Positions 25,831-37,300 of a stretch of DNA of 64,000 nt are shown here, in pieces. The position numbers and the translations under genes were made by a program. Under the pieces are notes generated by a model. That model did not search any database and was not told the origin of the DNA. It saw nothing but the letters and a program-made list of their open reading frames with translations. This stretch comes from Felis catus (lineage: Eukaryota), in NCBI RefSeq assembly GCF_018350175.1, contig NC_058368.1:229712001-229776000 (forward strand), written 5' to 3'. Every line of letters begins with the position of its first letter. Position 1 is the stretch's first letter.

Positions 25831-28467
25831 AAAAATACAAGAATATTATCTTTCTAGTTGAACCTCAACCAGAATCTATAGTGCTAGATTGAAATTGCTT
25901 TGAACCAAGCATTTCAGTCTCCTAAAATTGGCATATTTTGAACTATAAAATACATGCATTTGCAAAAATATTTTGAATTGTTGGGTTTTATGTCTGAAAT
26001 GAAGTAAAAGTGGCATATAAAAACATACTTGTATCAAATTTTGAAAACTGAAAAAATCAAGAGATACAGCATTTAGTATTTAGATGATTTCTGCGCCTTA
26101 AAACTCTTTGGATACAGAAACAGAACGAACAACAAAAATGTTTCACTTCGTGTCAAGTGCAGTAATTTGAAAACAATAAGCCAGTAATTTCCTGGTCTCC
26201 TAGTGAAATCAGGGAATTCAGAACATTCCTTTGTACAGGAACTTTCAGACGCAGGAGGCAAAAGATGGCAGCAGTGAGTTGTTCCCAGACCTACACTACA
26301 TATGATCATTGGACTTCATGTTTCAATATTATCTAATTGTGCATTTAATAATATCTTAAGTTATAAGTGATTTTCGATGAAGAGAAATCATAATTTACCA
26401 ATGAAATTGGGCACAGAGCAAATCAAAACTGTTCAGGGCATCACTGCCCTTCTTAAATACCCACCTCACCTACCCTCTACATAAGTTTATAGGGACTGCC
26501 TCCGGGTCATTTCCAAGGATTACAATTAGCGAATAGGTTTTGCCACGGCTCAGTTAAAAAATAACTCTAAAACACTTATAAAAAATTATTTTCTTAACTT
26601 AGATCGACATAGGCATAGAAGACACATATGTTTCCCATGGATAATATTTATGCATGTACTTTAAATTTAATCCAAAGTGTAACTAACCTTTTCTTAACAC
26701 CTCCCTCTCCACCCCACCATGACTTCCTGAGTTAAAAGATGTGAAGTACAGGTTAAAAAAAGTTTTTTCCCCTCCAAAATCCGACCAAAGCTAAGGTGAG
26801 AACAGAGCATCCTTTAAAATATAATGTAGCCTAATGGATACAGTACTGCTAATTTGTCTTGTACCAAGTTCTCTGCAGTAATTGAATGCCTTTCTGAGGA
26901 CTAAAATAAAAAATATAGTTCGACGTGTGCTGAAATATGGCCCTGCAGTGTCTTCTCTCACAGGGATCGGGAGTATTTTAATATGGAGCTGGCTCTAAAA
27001 CTTGAAGCCAGATCAGAGCTCTAATTTTGGAGGCGAGACCAAGCTTGTGTGGGCACCTGTATCCCTGGGTTGAGAGGATTAAAAACAAACATTTGCACTG
27101 TTGTCCGAAGTCCTTGTCTTAATACGCTGTTCCTTGCGTTTATTTCTACCTATTTAACCTGTCTAAAACTTTTTTTTTTCTCTTTGCATTTACTTCAAAT
27201 GATAGTTTAGCATGCTCCAAAGTACAACAGAGAATAGCCCCGGATAAGTATTCAAGTCATTTAACTTTCTTGGATTATCTCTTTGACACAAAAGAGAAGC
27301 ACTTTGCCAGGGAGAATCATAAGCCCCCCAAATCCCTCTGATGACAATTTCCTGTATTCTTCCCTGCTTATCTGTGTCTCAGAAACCAGCTCTGGGGAGG
27401 GGAGGAATAGAGAAGATCACAGCCTCAGACAGTCTGGGATCTACAGGGTCAGGGACGGCGAGCTGTGGCATGATTAGGAGAAACGTTTGCCTCTGGCCCA
27501 GGGTGGGCTGCAGTCTGCCCGCCCAAGTCCTTTGCAGGAGGGGCAAGCCCCGTCATGATACCTGAAACAGGGACACAGGTGAAGGCCCACAGGACTTTCT
27601 TGGCACATAACTTGGGGCTTGTTTTCTAACAGTCCTTTCATCGTTCACGACGTTGATTGTACTTGCTGTATTTCACAGTAAGAGGCACAGAGAAGTCTCA
27701 ATGGAGTCAATGAGTCAAACCATGGGGAGATACGGAAAACCAATCTCAAAGTGAAGAGAGCAATGTGGGATCCATTGGAAAACTATGCAGAAGGGACAGG
27801 TGGGGGGGGGGGTTCCAGTTTAGCTTGGGCAAGGGGCGGAGGGGGGGGGTGGAGGGAGGAGGACGAGAAGGGAAGGTGCCCAGGTGTGGAAGTAGGAAGA
27901 CACAAGAGGGGGCTCAAGAGGAGGCGAACTCGTCATCGCGGTCTATTCAAGTTCCAGACTGGACAAAGGTCTTTCTCGCAGTTAAGTTCACATACGTTCC
28001 AGATTCAAAACCAGAGGGATTCTGTTAAGAAGAAAGTCTCTCCCATGTGCGGAAAACATGTTTTAATCTAAGTGCTGGGGGTGCCAGAAACAGGACTGGC
28101 GCTGTGGTGCGGCTCGCAGATGGAGGTCCTGCGTTCTCTGCTCTAGAACAACAGGATTTCAGAACACCCACTGGCACCCAGTGGCTTGCACCTTCAGCCT
28201 GCCCCCTGCCCCCAAGGCGCACACCAGCTGCTCTAGACCCCCCTCCCGCCCCTGCCCCTTTGTTTGCAGGCCGGCATCTGCCCCGCCACAATAAACTGTC
28301 GGCTTCTTGCACGTGAACCAAGGAACCGGCCCAACCCGGGGTTCCAGGCCTTCCCCGGGCCCCTTCCGGCGTTCGCCAGGTTGCGAACAGCCACCCGTCT
28401 CGAGGCCCGGCAGCGCGTTCGCCAGGATGCTCGGCCCTCTCCCAACCCGCGGCCTCCTCCCCTCTCC

Positions 28468-28468
<1 letters not shown>

Positions 28469-28504
<36 letters not shown>
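28469..28504 (+). repeat. (CTG)12 trinucleotide repeat
   Basis: Direct count, uninterrupted. Confidence 0.97.
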
Positions 28505-28506
<2 letters not shown>

Positions 28507-28697
28507 GCGAAAACCAGGAGAAGTGGAATGCGCACGGCGAAGCGCCGCGCGGTCGCGGCGGCACTGGGCATGCTCGGCGCCCAGGGCAGGTTTGGGCGGC
28601 GGGGCGGACGCTTCCTCACTAGCCGGGCGCCCGAGCCGGCCGCCGAGGCATAGGTGGAGGCTGAGGCTGCCGCGCGCCGCGGGAGGAGCCTCGCCCT

Positions 28698-28698
<1 letters not shown>

Positions 28699-28734
<36 letters not shown>
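28699..28734 (+). repeat. (GGC)12 trinucleotide repeat, probably in the 5'UTR
   Basis: Direct count, uninterrupted. Confidence 0.97.
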
Positions 28735-29078
28735 ACAGGTGGCGCGGGCCGCGCGCGGGGCGCAGCACGGGAGCGCTCGGCGCCGGGCGCCGCGGCGGCC
28801 CCAGGCTCGCGCCCGCGGCGGCAGCCGGCCGAGCGGAGCGCCGGGCGCGGCGGCGGCGGCGCCCGGAGCCCCGAGGAGCCTGGAGGAGCCCGGAGCCCGC
28901 GCAGCCCGCGCAGCCCGCGGAGCCGGGCAGGGGGCGCTGCGCTCGCCGCGCTCGGAGGGGCCGCCGGGCCGGGCGCCGCGCACTCGCGTCGGGAGCCGCC
29001 TCTCCCCCGCGGCGCTCGCCCCTGCTCCCCGCCAGCCTCGCCTGTCCCGCGGCCGCGCTCAGACAACAAAAGCGGAAG

Positions 29079-29114
29079 ATGCTGCACTTGGGCAAGGTCA
29101 GGACCTTGCCCTGA
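29079..29114 (+). other. AUG uORF MLHLGKVRTLP* in the CTNND2 5'UTR
   Basis: gaagATG CTG CAC TTG GGC AAG GTC AGG ACC TTG CCC TGA; translation not shown. Confidence 0.7.
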
Positions 29115-29175
29115 AGCCGGGCGGCGGCGCGCACGCCTTTTCCCGGACTGAGGAGCTGTCGCTGGTGGCGGGTGC

Positions 29176-29212
29176 ATGTTCTCCAGGAAGCAGTCGGGCG
29201 CCGCGCCGTTCG
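29176..29212 (+). CDS. CTNND2: Catenin delta-2 (delta-catenin), coding part of exon 1, phase-1 end
   Basis: Encodes MFSRKQSGAAPF+G, matching recalled N-termini (mouse MFARKQSGAAPFG, human MFARKPPGAAPLG); followed by consensus donor GTGAGT at 29213; lies inside a CpG island. Confidence 0.93.
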
Positions 29213-29250
29213 GTGAGTTGCTTTCGCTGGGCTGCCGGGGCCAGGCGCAT

Positions 29251-29329
29251 CCTCCTCCTGGGCGCCGTCCTCCTCCTCAACCTCCTCCTCCTCCTCCACC
29301 TCCTCCTCCTCCTCCTCCTCCTCCTCCTC
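29251..29329 (+). repeat. Interrupted (CCT)n tract at the start of intron 1
   Basis: cctcctcctg...cctcctcctcaacctcctcctcctcctccacctcctcct... Confidence 0.95.
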
Positions 29330-30149
29330 GCCGCCGGTGGGGGGTTGGTCCTCTGCTCCCGGCCGGCTGGCGGCGGCGACTGCTGCGCGGTCCTGCCAGC
29401 CGGGGGAGGACCGCGATCGCGCCCGGTCCCCTCTCGGAAGACGGCTCTGCCTGGAATGGGGACCAGGGTTAGTGCCTTTCTCGGAGCGGTTAGCAAGTGG
29501 CTTCTTGCGTGCTCCCCCTCCCTGCCGCCCCTCTCCCCCGGAGGAGGCGTATATAGGGCAACATCAACAATACTGCTCCCCGCCACCCTCAAGAACATAC
29601 CCGTTGCCTTCATGACGTCCCTAATATACGGAGAAGACGGGGTGGGGGTGGGGAGGACTTCCCTCTAGTCTTTTGCCCTTATGTTCAATGTCATTACGAT
29701 GTTTGGCTAGAACAAAATGGAAATACTTAGTCATATGCGTCCATGGCCGTTTCTTCAGTCTCCCGCTGCTTGCCAGACCCAGAGCCCCTTTGGTCTATAT
29801 TTAGCGGTTTCAGAGGAAGCCTTTTCAGCTCGATTCACAGGTTTCGGGGGCTTCTGCGTCCTGACAATAGATAGCGAGGCTCTGGAAAGCGCCGCCTGAA
29901 ACCCAGGTTTGGAACGCTGTGCATGTGTGTGGGGAGACTGCGATGCGATATTTGGGGGATCGGTAATTAATGGCTGAAAAGCAACACTGCTTTTCTCTTC
30001 GCCGACCTTCCTCTTATTCTGGTGTGTAATGTGTTCTCATCGATTGCTGCTCAGCTGGTTCGAGCCACTACGTTCAGAATTAAGTCACCGGAGAGGTGGT
30101 GCAGCCTCCCCGGTCGTGTGGTAGGAAAGCAGTCTTGGGGATTTTTGGG

Positions 30150-30178
30150 GTGTGTGTGTGCGTGTGTGTGTGTGTGTG
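30150..30178. repeat. (TG)n microsatellite; others at ~33127-33160, 45924-45950, 49064-49089, 50295-50331, 56488-56523
   Basis: Direct reading. Confidence 0.95.
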
Positions 30179-33125
30179 AGATTCCAACAAAGGACAGCTA
30201 CTTCCCAGATGCCTAAAGTTGTGTTTCCTTGTACGTGCAGGGGTAGGGAAGGGTGTGGAAATGAAGAAAAAGAAGGGCAGGTTGTGGTTCCAAGATGTTT
30301 TGTTCCCCTTGTGTGCTTGGGTTGAACTGATCTGATTTGCTTTGGCCCTGAAAGGTGTTGTTAACATGCCTAATGTTATCAAGCAAATGTGTTGGTTTAG
30401 AAAAGGGATAGGGTACAAGCAGACTGTCGGGCCTGACATGCATAGATTGTCACTTTTCGGAACTATGTGACCAGTGTTTAAGGTGCTTGCAATTTTCTGC
30501 AACGACTTCCATGAAAATAGGGAGGTGGTCCAACTACCCAGGAGTTCTCTCATTGTGCATCTTTCCATCAGTAGCTCAGGGTCCGGTGGTAGTCCTGTTC
30601 AGCTTTTTGCACTTAGTAATTCACCTACAGGATTAAAAGGCTTTCAAGCCGCAGCACTTCTAAAATCCCATGGAGAAGTGTTTGATATGACTCATGTAGA
30701 ATTACAAGGATGAACCTGTGCATGATTTTGGGGGCTCGTTCTGTGAGAAGTATGACACATAGGGGTGGGCATCCTCAGATGAGGACTGGGTGCTTTACAC
30801 TGCCCTAAATTCTCTTTGCCACATGCACAATCCATGTTTCATGCTTTTGGGGGAAAGGTTAAGTGGCATCCTTCCTGCTCTGTGGGCCACAGGATCTCAG
30901 GACTTGAATGAAGATGCTTGTATCTGGAGTTAGACGGTGAAATTTGGGAGGCCTGTAATTATACAGCTAGGAGGGGTCAGCGTTGCAGGAAGCCCTCTAC
31001 GGCTTGAGTTAACTGAACGGTGTGATTAGCTTTACCTGTATCCTGTTAGTTTCACCTTCTACATGTTTAGAAAACTTTCCAAAAGCACTTTGAACACACC
31101 ATTGTGTTCGTTGCATTGTTTTAATACAAGATTTCTTTCAAGAAGAAGCAGAAAGTGAGGGAGACAGATTTTTTTCGTTTCCTTTGGAGTCTGCTGTTCA
31201 GTTTTAAACGTGATTCTTAAAGGACTGGTGGATACTGTTCTGTGCTTATGTGTGTACGCAGACAGGTGCCGGTGAGCAGGAGTAAAACTACGTGTGTTGT
31301 ATATGTGAGTTTCATGTTATATTGTAGATTGAAAACGATAGTACCTGATTGAATGGCAATTGTAGTACGTACGTGAGGTTGTTGCTCTAATAAAATTGTC
31401 ATAGTCTTGTGGAAAGGAGTTATTTAATTTCGTGAATGTTTGTGTAGTTGTACAACCTAATCATTATAGATGTCACTAATGTTTTCATTGTTTGTAATAA
31501 AAGTCATGCACTGTCGAATTACAATATTTCCATCAACTTCACATCTTCCACAGTAGAACACAAGCCAAGTCTTTCTCCCAGTGAAATGGTTCGTTGGCGA
31601 GAAAATGAATTTCGAATGAAATTAGTTGGAAAATGCAATTTATAGTTTGTTAAATAATTTCTGAGGATAATATCACTTTCATAATGACCTTTAAAATTAA
31701 AAATGAAGATATCATATTCTCAAATATAACATTACTTTTGACATATAATTGAGAATGCAGTGCTCTCCTGAAAATATTGTAGAGCGTGCTCCTTTCCACG
31801 GTGCTTTATCAGAATTCTCTTTTATACAGTACGCATTTATGTAGTACCGTTGGAGAGTTCTCTAGAGGAATTTCATCAGGCTTTCCTTATGTAAGAAAAC
31901 AGCAAAACTGCATTTAAGCTAATTTATTGTAATTTGCTTGTCCATAAAATCAGGTGTGCTTGGTATGGACTAGTGTATCTGGTTAACAAGACAATTGAAC
32001 CAAAATTAGAACTGTTGCATTTTGGACATCCAAAAATGTTTTTCTTCCTTCTTTTTCTCATGACTGTCCACAGAAGATTTGAACATCCATTTATGATTGT
32101 TTCTCTATGTGAACATTATTTTTACTTCTGTAATGGGGAATGGGTGCTGTATTACTCTTCCTGAAAGTTTCTTTTAATAAAGATTGTTATTTTTGAAAGA
32201 TGCCAGATAGTTGAGAGCATTTAAACTGGAACACGACATTCAGGGAATGAATTACCTCTGAATTACCATTCAGAGCACGAAATACCAAGAGAAGTCAGGC
32301 ATATATTCTTAAATCCAGTAGTTCCGTTGAAGGTGTGGTACAGTGGGTCCTGGTGGGCGGATTCACAAGTCAGAAGTACATTTTCAAGCCAGATTCTTCA
32401 GTTGGCTTCCATGATGGTTTTCATCATCCATATTCCAAAGGTGTTCTCAGTACTCTGAAAGCTCTGTGAGAGGTGTTATGTGGGTGTGGGTGAAAAGTTA
32501 ATTTGAGGGGGAGCAGTTCACGATATTTGTTGCTGGCTTCTGATTTTTTTTTTGTATTAATGTAAAATATTAAACATGTCATAAGGAAATCATTTCTATC
32601 ACATTGTCTGCCAGTCTAGCCTACTGATTAATACACTGCCTGGTTGGGTTTAATGAATCTAATTATATTCACAAACAGTACCTCTAACAGAGGAAACTCA
32701 CAGAAATATTTGATGGTACTGTGCTTTTAGTCCATTAAAAATGTTAAAACTCATAGCAAAAATGTGTAGTTATGACACTTCTAGTTGTTTATCTTTTGGT
32801 CACGTAGCTGTTAAGTATGCTCTCAAGCTCTTTATCATGGTAATTGATTTGTAAGAAATGTCTTAGCTATATTAGGATATTGAAGCTATACTCTATATCA
32901 ATTAGTTTTTGACAAATTGGAAATAATGACTAAATACATGAAATAGTACTTCCTGGAAGCTTTCCATCTTAGACACATATTCACATGTGTCCCTTGGTGA
33001 GAGTCCTCAAAAGTTATCTGTAAACTGAATTACATCTATTGAAACTTCTTATTCCCGTAATTGTCATTTCATATCAGAAATACATTTCTAGAGGAAAAAG
33101 TTGGGCTCTGACCTACAATGAATAT

Positions 33126-33156
<31 letters not shown>

Positions 33157-34087
33157 GTGTTTTATATATTGTATGTATATATTATATATAAAACACATGT
33201 GTAAAATAATGAAATATATTTATGTTATAGTGTAATGCTATTTGGGATTCTATTTTGTGCGGGTGCAGAGATGTGGAGAGAGTGTTGGCTTTGGGTGCGT
33301 CCCAGTCTGTCTCTTCTCAGCTGTGTCCTTGGCCATTTATGTGATACTCAGACTTTAGCTCAGTTTTTTTCCGCTGTAAAATGGGCACAACAGGACAGAA
33401 TATCTGAAAAGATTGATTTCAGGATCAAGTAAGTAAGAGCACAGGTGGCTTACACATTATGAGCATTTGCATAAACATATGAGATATATATCTGCATATT
33501 AAGGTGGATAGTTGTGCTCCATTTATGTATTATTAAATATGTCTTACAAATCATTTATGTATTATTAAATATGTTCTATAGTCTACCACCCTCTCTAACA
33601 AAAGTGTTCAATGGATATATTCTCTCCCTACTCTTATTGTAATATTACTTTATTATGTAGCTTGGCATATAAAGTATACCAAGTTTTCTAGTCTACAGCA
33701 TACCAGTCCTTTGAGTATTAAAATATATATTAGTTAAGCTAAAAGAGAAGTAAATTGTATCTACCAGCACTATTATTAATAAAAAAGATTCTAATCAGAG
33801 TCAGAAATTATAAAACTTTGATACTCTCTATTAATGTTTATATTATTCACCTGATTAAGATCAAATTTTCTACAAAGATTCACATTATACAAAGAATATC
33901 ATAGACAGTTTAGGAAATACAACCTCACTTTCTGTGAAGTCAGATACTAAACAGGTGCTCTGTTTGGAACCACAGGGCATGAATCCCATAATAATGTCAT
34001 TGTAACAAAGATAAAGAAACATTAAACAGCTAAATTTATTATGTAAATAGAAGACTCACTCACCCCCACCTCCTCATTCAAAGCAAG

Positions 34088-34116
34088 TTTTTTTTTTTAA
34101 GTTTATTTATTTATTT

Positions 34117-34164
<48 letters not shown>

Positions 34165-34328
34165 CATGAGTGGGGGAGTGGGGCAGAGGGAGAGAGAGAG
34201 AGAATCCCAAGTAGCTTCCAAGTTCGGCACTGAGCCCTATTTGGGGCTCAATCTCATGACCATCAGATCACAACATGAGCAGAAATTAAGAGTCAGTTGC
34301 TCAACCCACTGAACCACCCAGGCACCAC
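34088..34328 (-). mobile_element. CanSINE with long (GA)n
   Basis: T tail, (GA)n, ccacccaggcacc head; TSD caagttttt. Confidence 0.9.
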
Positions 34329-37300
34329 TAAAATCAAGTTTTTGAAAATAAAATGTGTGTTGTGGTATCTTTTTGACACTAAAGGATAATTTTCACTTGC
34401 CATCTAATTCAGTAACTTTAGTAAAGTGTCCTACTCCTTTGGGTTTGGTTATAGGAGCTCCTGCAAGGGAGAACTGTGATCTTTAGCAACCTAATTTTAC
34501 CATACTAAAGCTTGGATGTATCTTAGGATTTGTTATAGAATGTGACCTGTTTAACAGGAGACTAATTTATCTGAAGTCAGAAAAACATTTTGACAATAAA
34601 TATAGTTATTTATATTCAAACTTATGTGTTGTTGTGGGAACTGCCAATTATGTTACCAGAGTAAAATACATGTTATAATAAAAGACCTTTCTGGTTTTTG
34701 GCTCAAAGTGAGTGGTAAGCCAATTATGTTTGGTTAAATAGATTTAAGTGTCAAAATGTCTACAAATTTTGCATGATACAGAATATACTATTAAAGGGTA
34801 TATTTAATTTGTAGCATTAGATGATGAAGAAGACATAGAATTTAATTCCACCGTGGAAATTAGCTAATACATTTATCCCGCATAGGTAAGGGCTATAGTT
34901 TTCTCATTAAGAACATTTTTTTGTGTGTGTAATAGATGTGATTATCACTACTGTCATTAGAAAGTTGATCCAATAGGTGTATATTAAGAAAAATGCATTT
35001 TGTATGCACGTTTTATTTAGTTTATTCTTTGGGTTTTTGCGGTTTTAAGTAATCTTACAATGTTTATTTTAATCTCTTTTCATTTAAATGTTCAACATCA
35101 TAAATCACAAAAAGCTATACATTTACCTTAAATTATAATATGTGCCAAAATGTGGATTGTCGGGGGTCTTTAAGAAACCCAATAAATATTATCCCAGCAC
35201 CCTTATAGTTTCTGAAAAAGTCGATATTTTGAAAGAAAAAGAAGTAAAGGAGTAGCCACCGTGGACGAAATAATCAGGTTTGATTAGAGATAGTTTGATG
35301 TGATGCCAGATGACATCCCAGGGCCTTGGCCTTCTCCTCTCCTCCCTTCCCACAGGGACAGAGCTGTCTCTGAGCCCTGGAGCCTAGCCTTGACTCTCTG
35401 CAGGCAGGGAGTTCTTTAGAGGAAGAAGGAAGGAACTAGCCAAGCTGCTTCCTTTATTTTTCAGAAACAGAGGAAGTGAAGGTATGGAGAGAGGCCATAG
35501 TGTCACATGAATTAAGTTCCCTTTACCTGGAAGGAAATATCAGAAGTAGGAAAGAAGTGTTCCTCATTGACATGCTTTATAAAGAATTCTGGTTGTAGAA
35601 TTCTGGATATAATAGCTTCCACAGTATTTTGCTTAGAAGTTGAGCTCTTTAAATATTTTATGGTATTTTGACACTATATCAGGAATTATCTAATGCCCTG
35701 GCTGATTTATAGAGAGTATGGTCCATGAAATTCAGCTGATTTATGTATTGCCAACTTTAAAATAACTCATTCTCAGTGTTTCTTCCCTACTCTCCACGTT
35801 AGACTTTGACTGCCAATAATTGGGTGGCCTTGTAAGTGGTGAGAATTGGGCATAAAAGGGACAGTGTCAAAATGTGACTTCCCAAACCATATATAAATGA
35901 TGATCCATGCCAGCTGTTATCGACAGCACTTTCTACCTCAGTGTAGATAATTAGAATTTGGCTGGCATTTAATGTTTTAACTTTTAATAGAAGCAATAAT
36001 GGACACCGTCAAGAAGAAAAAAGTGAATTTCTAAGGAAATGTGATGTTTTATTTGACTCCGAGCATGACTACTCAACCTTAAGAAAGCTCACTTCTTAAA
36101 ATAAATTTTATTCTTCTCTCTCAAATAGTTTGTTTGGACTTTCAAACATTAGAGTAACCTAGCAGTCATTACCTTCAGCAATGCAATAATTTAATTCTCA
36201 GAAGAATAACTTCTTTGGCAGCAATCCAAGTCTCCCAAATACAAAAAAGCCAAGATTCAGTCTCTTGTCTCCAACACGGTCCTCGCTGGTGGCTCTGGTG
36301 TTTGTTTGTTTGTTTGTTTGTTTGTTTTTTTGGGTTACTGGATAAGGAGGTGGGGCGAAGATTTCCAGAAAGGCAGAAAGGTGAAATGGGCGTCATCTGA
36401 AAAGTCTCAGAGACAATAGAAATCATGTCACATGTACCCAGGTCATAGAAGGTGATGCAAGAAGCCTGGTGCTTGTAGTGTGTGGATCAGACTGTTTGAA
36501 TTGAATTGGGTTGGAGAAAAGTAATAATGTTAAATCCACTGTAGATGCATAAATATATTATGGCACCTCTACCCAAAGGAACATTATACAGTTGAGAGTT
36601 ATCTCTTCTGAGACAGCGGGGAGTGTCCATGACATTGAAGGTTAAGAAGAAGGTTAAGGTTAAGAAGCAAAGCAGAAACCTATATTGAATATGATACCCA
36701 GCACACATACCCATATACACACCCATACAAACACAAGAACATCGTGTTTATGACAGGTTTCAAGAGCTTTGTTCATTGTATATTGTCTTTCCACCAAATA
36801 TATAATAGTTTATTATGTATTACATCATTACACAGAACAAAAGTATGCCTTTAAATTTGAAAAGGATATTGTATTTTTGCTTTGGGATAAATTTTGTTAA
36901 TTAGCTGAATGCCTGACTGAAATTAACAAGGCGCATCCTTCATTCAGTGTATGTTACATATATTCTGTTCAGTTCTACACCTACATTTTCTGTTTTTAAA
37001 TTTAAGAGATGTTTTGAGTAGGTTTAGCAAGTTGGTGTCTTCTTGAGAGCTGTGCAGCGTATTAGTGAAATATTTTCTCTTTTTCGAATAATATTTTATT
37101 ATTTTTTTCTGTTTTTAAAAGTAATGTGGATTAATTAAAAATTTGAAAATATAGTAGTGATAAAACAAAGCTAAAGTTCATGCATATATCTCAAGCCACA
37201 GAAATGACTATTTTTAGCAGAATGCAAATCCATGTACATTTTTAAATTTAGAAGATCCCTCATATTCTGTTTTGTTACTTTTTAACACATAAAGCTGCTT

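Larger units (their letters stand above)
28100..29650 (+). promoter_or_regulatory. CTNND2: CpG island / CTNND2 promoter and 5'UTR
   Basis: Very high GC and CpG density; E-box CACGTG 28310-28315; GC boxes ~28594-28608; Inr-like CTCACT 28615-28620. A TSS near 28618 is inference. Confidence 0.92.

Noticed and set aside
28307..29668. 453-aa + strand ORF and overlapping 170-314 aa minus-strand ORFs
   Set aside because: Low-complexity Ala/Arg/Gly/Pro translations expected from a stop-poor CpG island; they ignore the real start and donor and resemble no protein I recognise.
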